Shown here: positions 57,453 to 58,607 of the stretch, piece after piece
Layout: each line of letters starts with the position of its first letter
How positions within the stretch are numbered: position 1 is the first letter of the stretch
Assembly (NCBI GenBank): GCA_050943055.1
Contig: JBMNOL010000005.1
Location: forward strand, 1 to 58,607
From: Patescibacteria group bacterium
GTDB lineage: Bacteria > Patescibacteriota > Patescibacteriia > Patescibacteriales > UBA12465
Reading direction: 5' to 3'
DNA length: 58,607 nt
Notes under the pieces: generated by a model
What the model was told of the DNA's origin: nothing
The model's input: only the letters and a program-made list of their open reading frames with translations
The model's database searches: none
Translations under genes and position numbers: made by a program

Positions 57453-58361
57453 ATGATTTCTTTAATTCGTGCGTTGAAATTTAGTTTTCAAGATATCTTC
57501 CGCAATGTTTGGTTATCGATTGTGACGGTCACCATTCTGGCACTCGCCTTGTTTTCCATGAATGCTTTATTCACGGTAAAATTGATTAGCGAAAATGCGG
57601 TTGAGGCCGTTAAAGAAAGAATCAATATTAGTTTGTATTTTAAACCGGATGCCTCTGAAGCGCAGATTGTAGAAACGAAGCAGCGCGTCGAGAGTTTGGC
57701 GGGCGTCAAAGAAGTTATTTTTGTTTCTAAGGCTGAAGCTTTAGAAAATTTTCGTAGCAAAAACCAAAATAATCCGGAAATTTTAAATGCTCTTAAGGAG
57801 ATTGGGAAAAACCCACTCTCACCTTCCTTAATTATTACCCCAGCCGATTTTGATAATTCTGAAGCCCTGATAAATTCTTTAAAGGCTCTAGAGAGCGATG
57901 CTTTGGAGTCACGAGATTTTTCTGATAACTCGGTTATTTTAGAAAAGATCAACCAGATCACTTACAAGCTTAATGAGGTTGGTTTAATTTTAATTATTAT
58001 TTTTATCTTAATTGGTTTATTAGTCGCTTATAATGCGATTAGGGTGGCCATCTATACTCACCGTCAGGAAATTGAGATTATGCGTCTTGTCGGGGCTTCT
58101 AACTTTTTCATCTACATGCCCTATGTTTTTTCAGCTTTTTTCTATGCCCTGGCGGCAACACTGATTGTGGCGGTTTCTCTGTTCCCGCTTTTATCAATTG
58201 TACAGCCCTATCTTGAGGTTTTCTTTACTGGTTATACGGTAAATATTATTTCTTTTTATACTGATAACGCTTGGTCTATTTTTGGCGCTCAGTTTGGCGC
58301 GGTGTTTGTCGTTACTTTAATTGCCACCTGGTTAGCGGTTCGAAAATATGCTCGTGTTTAG
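57453..58361 (+). CDS. ftsX: Cell division permease-like protein FtsX
   Basis: Four TM helices with a large first extracytoplasmic loop, plus EIEIMRLVGAS. It lies directly after ftsE. Confidence 0.88.
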   Translation: MISLIRALKFSFQDIFRNVWLSIVTVTILALALFSMNALFTVKLISENAVEAVKERINISLYFKPDASEAQIVETKQRVESLAGVKEVIFVSKAEALENFRSKNQNNPEILNALKEIGKNPLSPSLIITPADFDNSEALINSLKALESDALESRDFSDNSVILEKINQITYKLNEVGLILIIIFILIGLLVAYNAIRVAIYTHRQEIEIMRLVGASNFFIYMPYVFSAFFYALAATLIVAVSLFPLLSIVQPYLEVFFTGYTVNIISFYTDNAWSIFGAQFGAVFVVTLIATWLAVRKYARV

Positions 58362-58412
58362 TGGTTTATTAGTTGACTTCATTTTCGCTCTAGTTTAATA
58401 TAAGAAAGCAAT

Positions 58413-58483
58413 TCGGGGATCGTCTAATGGTAGGACTCCAGGTTTTGGTCCTGGCTATCGGGGTTCGAATCCCTGTCCCCGAG
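58413..58483 (+). tRNA. tRNA-Gln (anticodon UUG)
   Basis: The sequence is tcgggga-tc-gtct-aatggta-ggac-t-ccagg-TTTTGGT-cctgg-ctat-cgggg-ttcgaat-ccctg-tccccga-g. It is 71 nt with a U1:A72 pair, typical of bacterial tRNA-Gln. Confidence 0.9.
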
Positions 58484-58495
58484 CTGTATTGACAA

Positions 58496-58519
58496 AATAG
58501 CATTTTAAGTGCTATTTTT
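58496..58519 (+). terminator. Terminator-like hairpin after tRNA-Gln
   Basis: aatagca-ttttaag-tgctatt followed by ttt (AT-rich stem, weak). Confidence 0.45.
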
Positions 58520-58607
58520 GTTTTATAAAATAGTAATATTAACAATCTAAATATATAGCAAATGGAAGCAAATTATGACACAAAAGAAGGAATTACTAAA
58601 TCCATTG

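Noticed and set aside
58562-58607. A possible 5' end of a new CDS at the window edge, with ATGs at 58562 and 58575.
   Set aside because: Only 11-15 codons are visible, which is too short to support a call.

Overview
This 58.6-kb chromosomal window comes from an AT-rich, gene-dense bacterium using the standard code (long ORFs end at TGA, TAA and TAG). I infer a Patescibacteria/CPR-type organism from several traits: a stand-alone 16S gene with a universal-primer-site mismatch, no Shine-Dalgarno usage, truncated or expanded housekeeping proteins, pilin-like membrane anchors on giant proteins, and PilD plus Wzy_C-type proteins. The left end carries a 16S rRNA gene on the minus strand with its own promoter, processing stem and terminator. 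Housekeeping blocks follow: ndk-gyrA, rmuC, radC, an M16 peptidase, a UvrD-nuclease fusion, ruvB-queA, lepB-hisS-rpsU, rel, clpP, secDF, pilD, ftsA-ftsZ, nrdR, ftsE-ftsX, tRNA-Thr and tRNA-Gln. The centre (21.8-40.7 kb) is an 18.9-kb co-directional island of seven genes. These encode giant, cysteine-dense, predicted extracellular proteins and Ca-binding (TSP3-repeat) proteins. The most unusual structure in the island is a 2,270-bp direct repeat that matched wherever I compared it. It gives two genes the same 752-aa N-terminal part but unrelated C-terminal 'tips': a 10 x 8-Cys module array versus a FISUMP-type domain. A second notable signal is that about 40 start codons lack any Shine-Dalgarno element although the 16S tail keeps CCUCC. 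The single exception is rpsU (bS21), which is preceded by a 13-nt match to the 16S 3' tail. All calls come from reading the sequence and the ORF translations; no database search was run.
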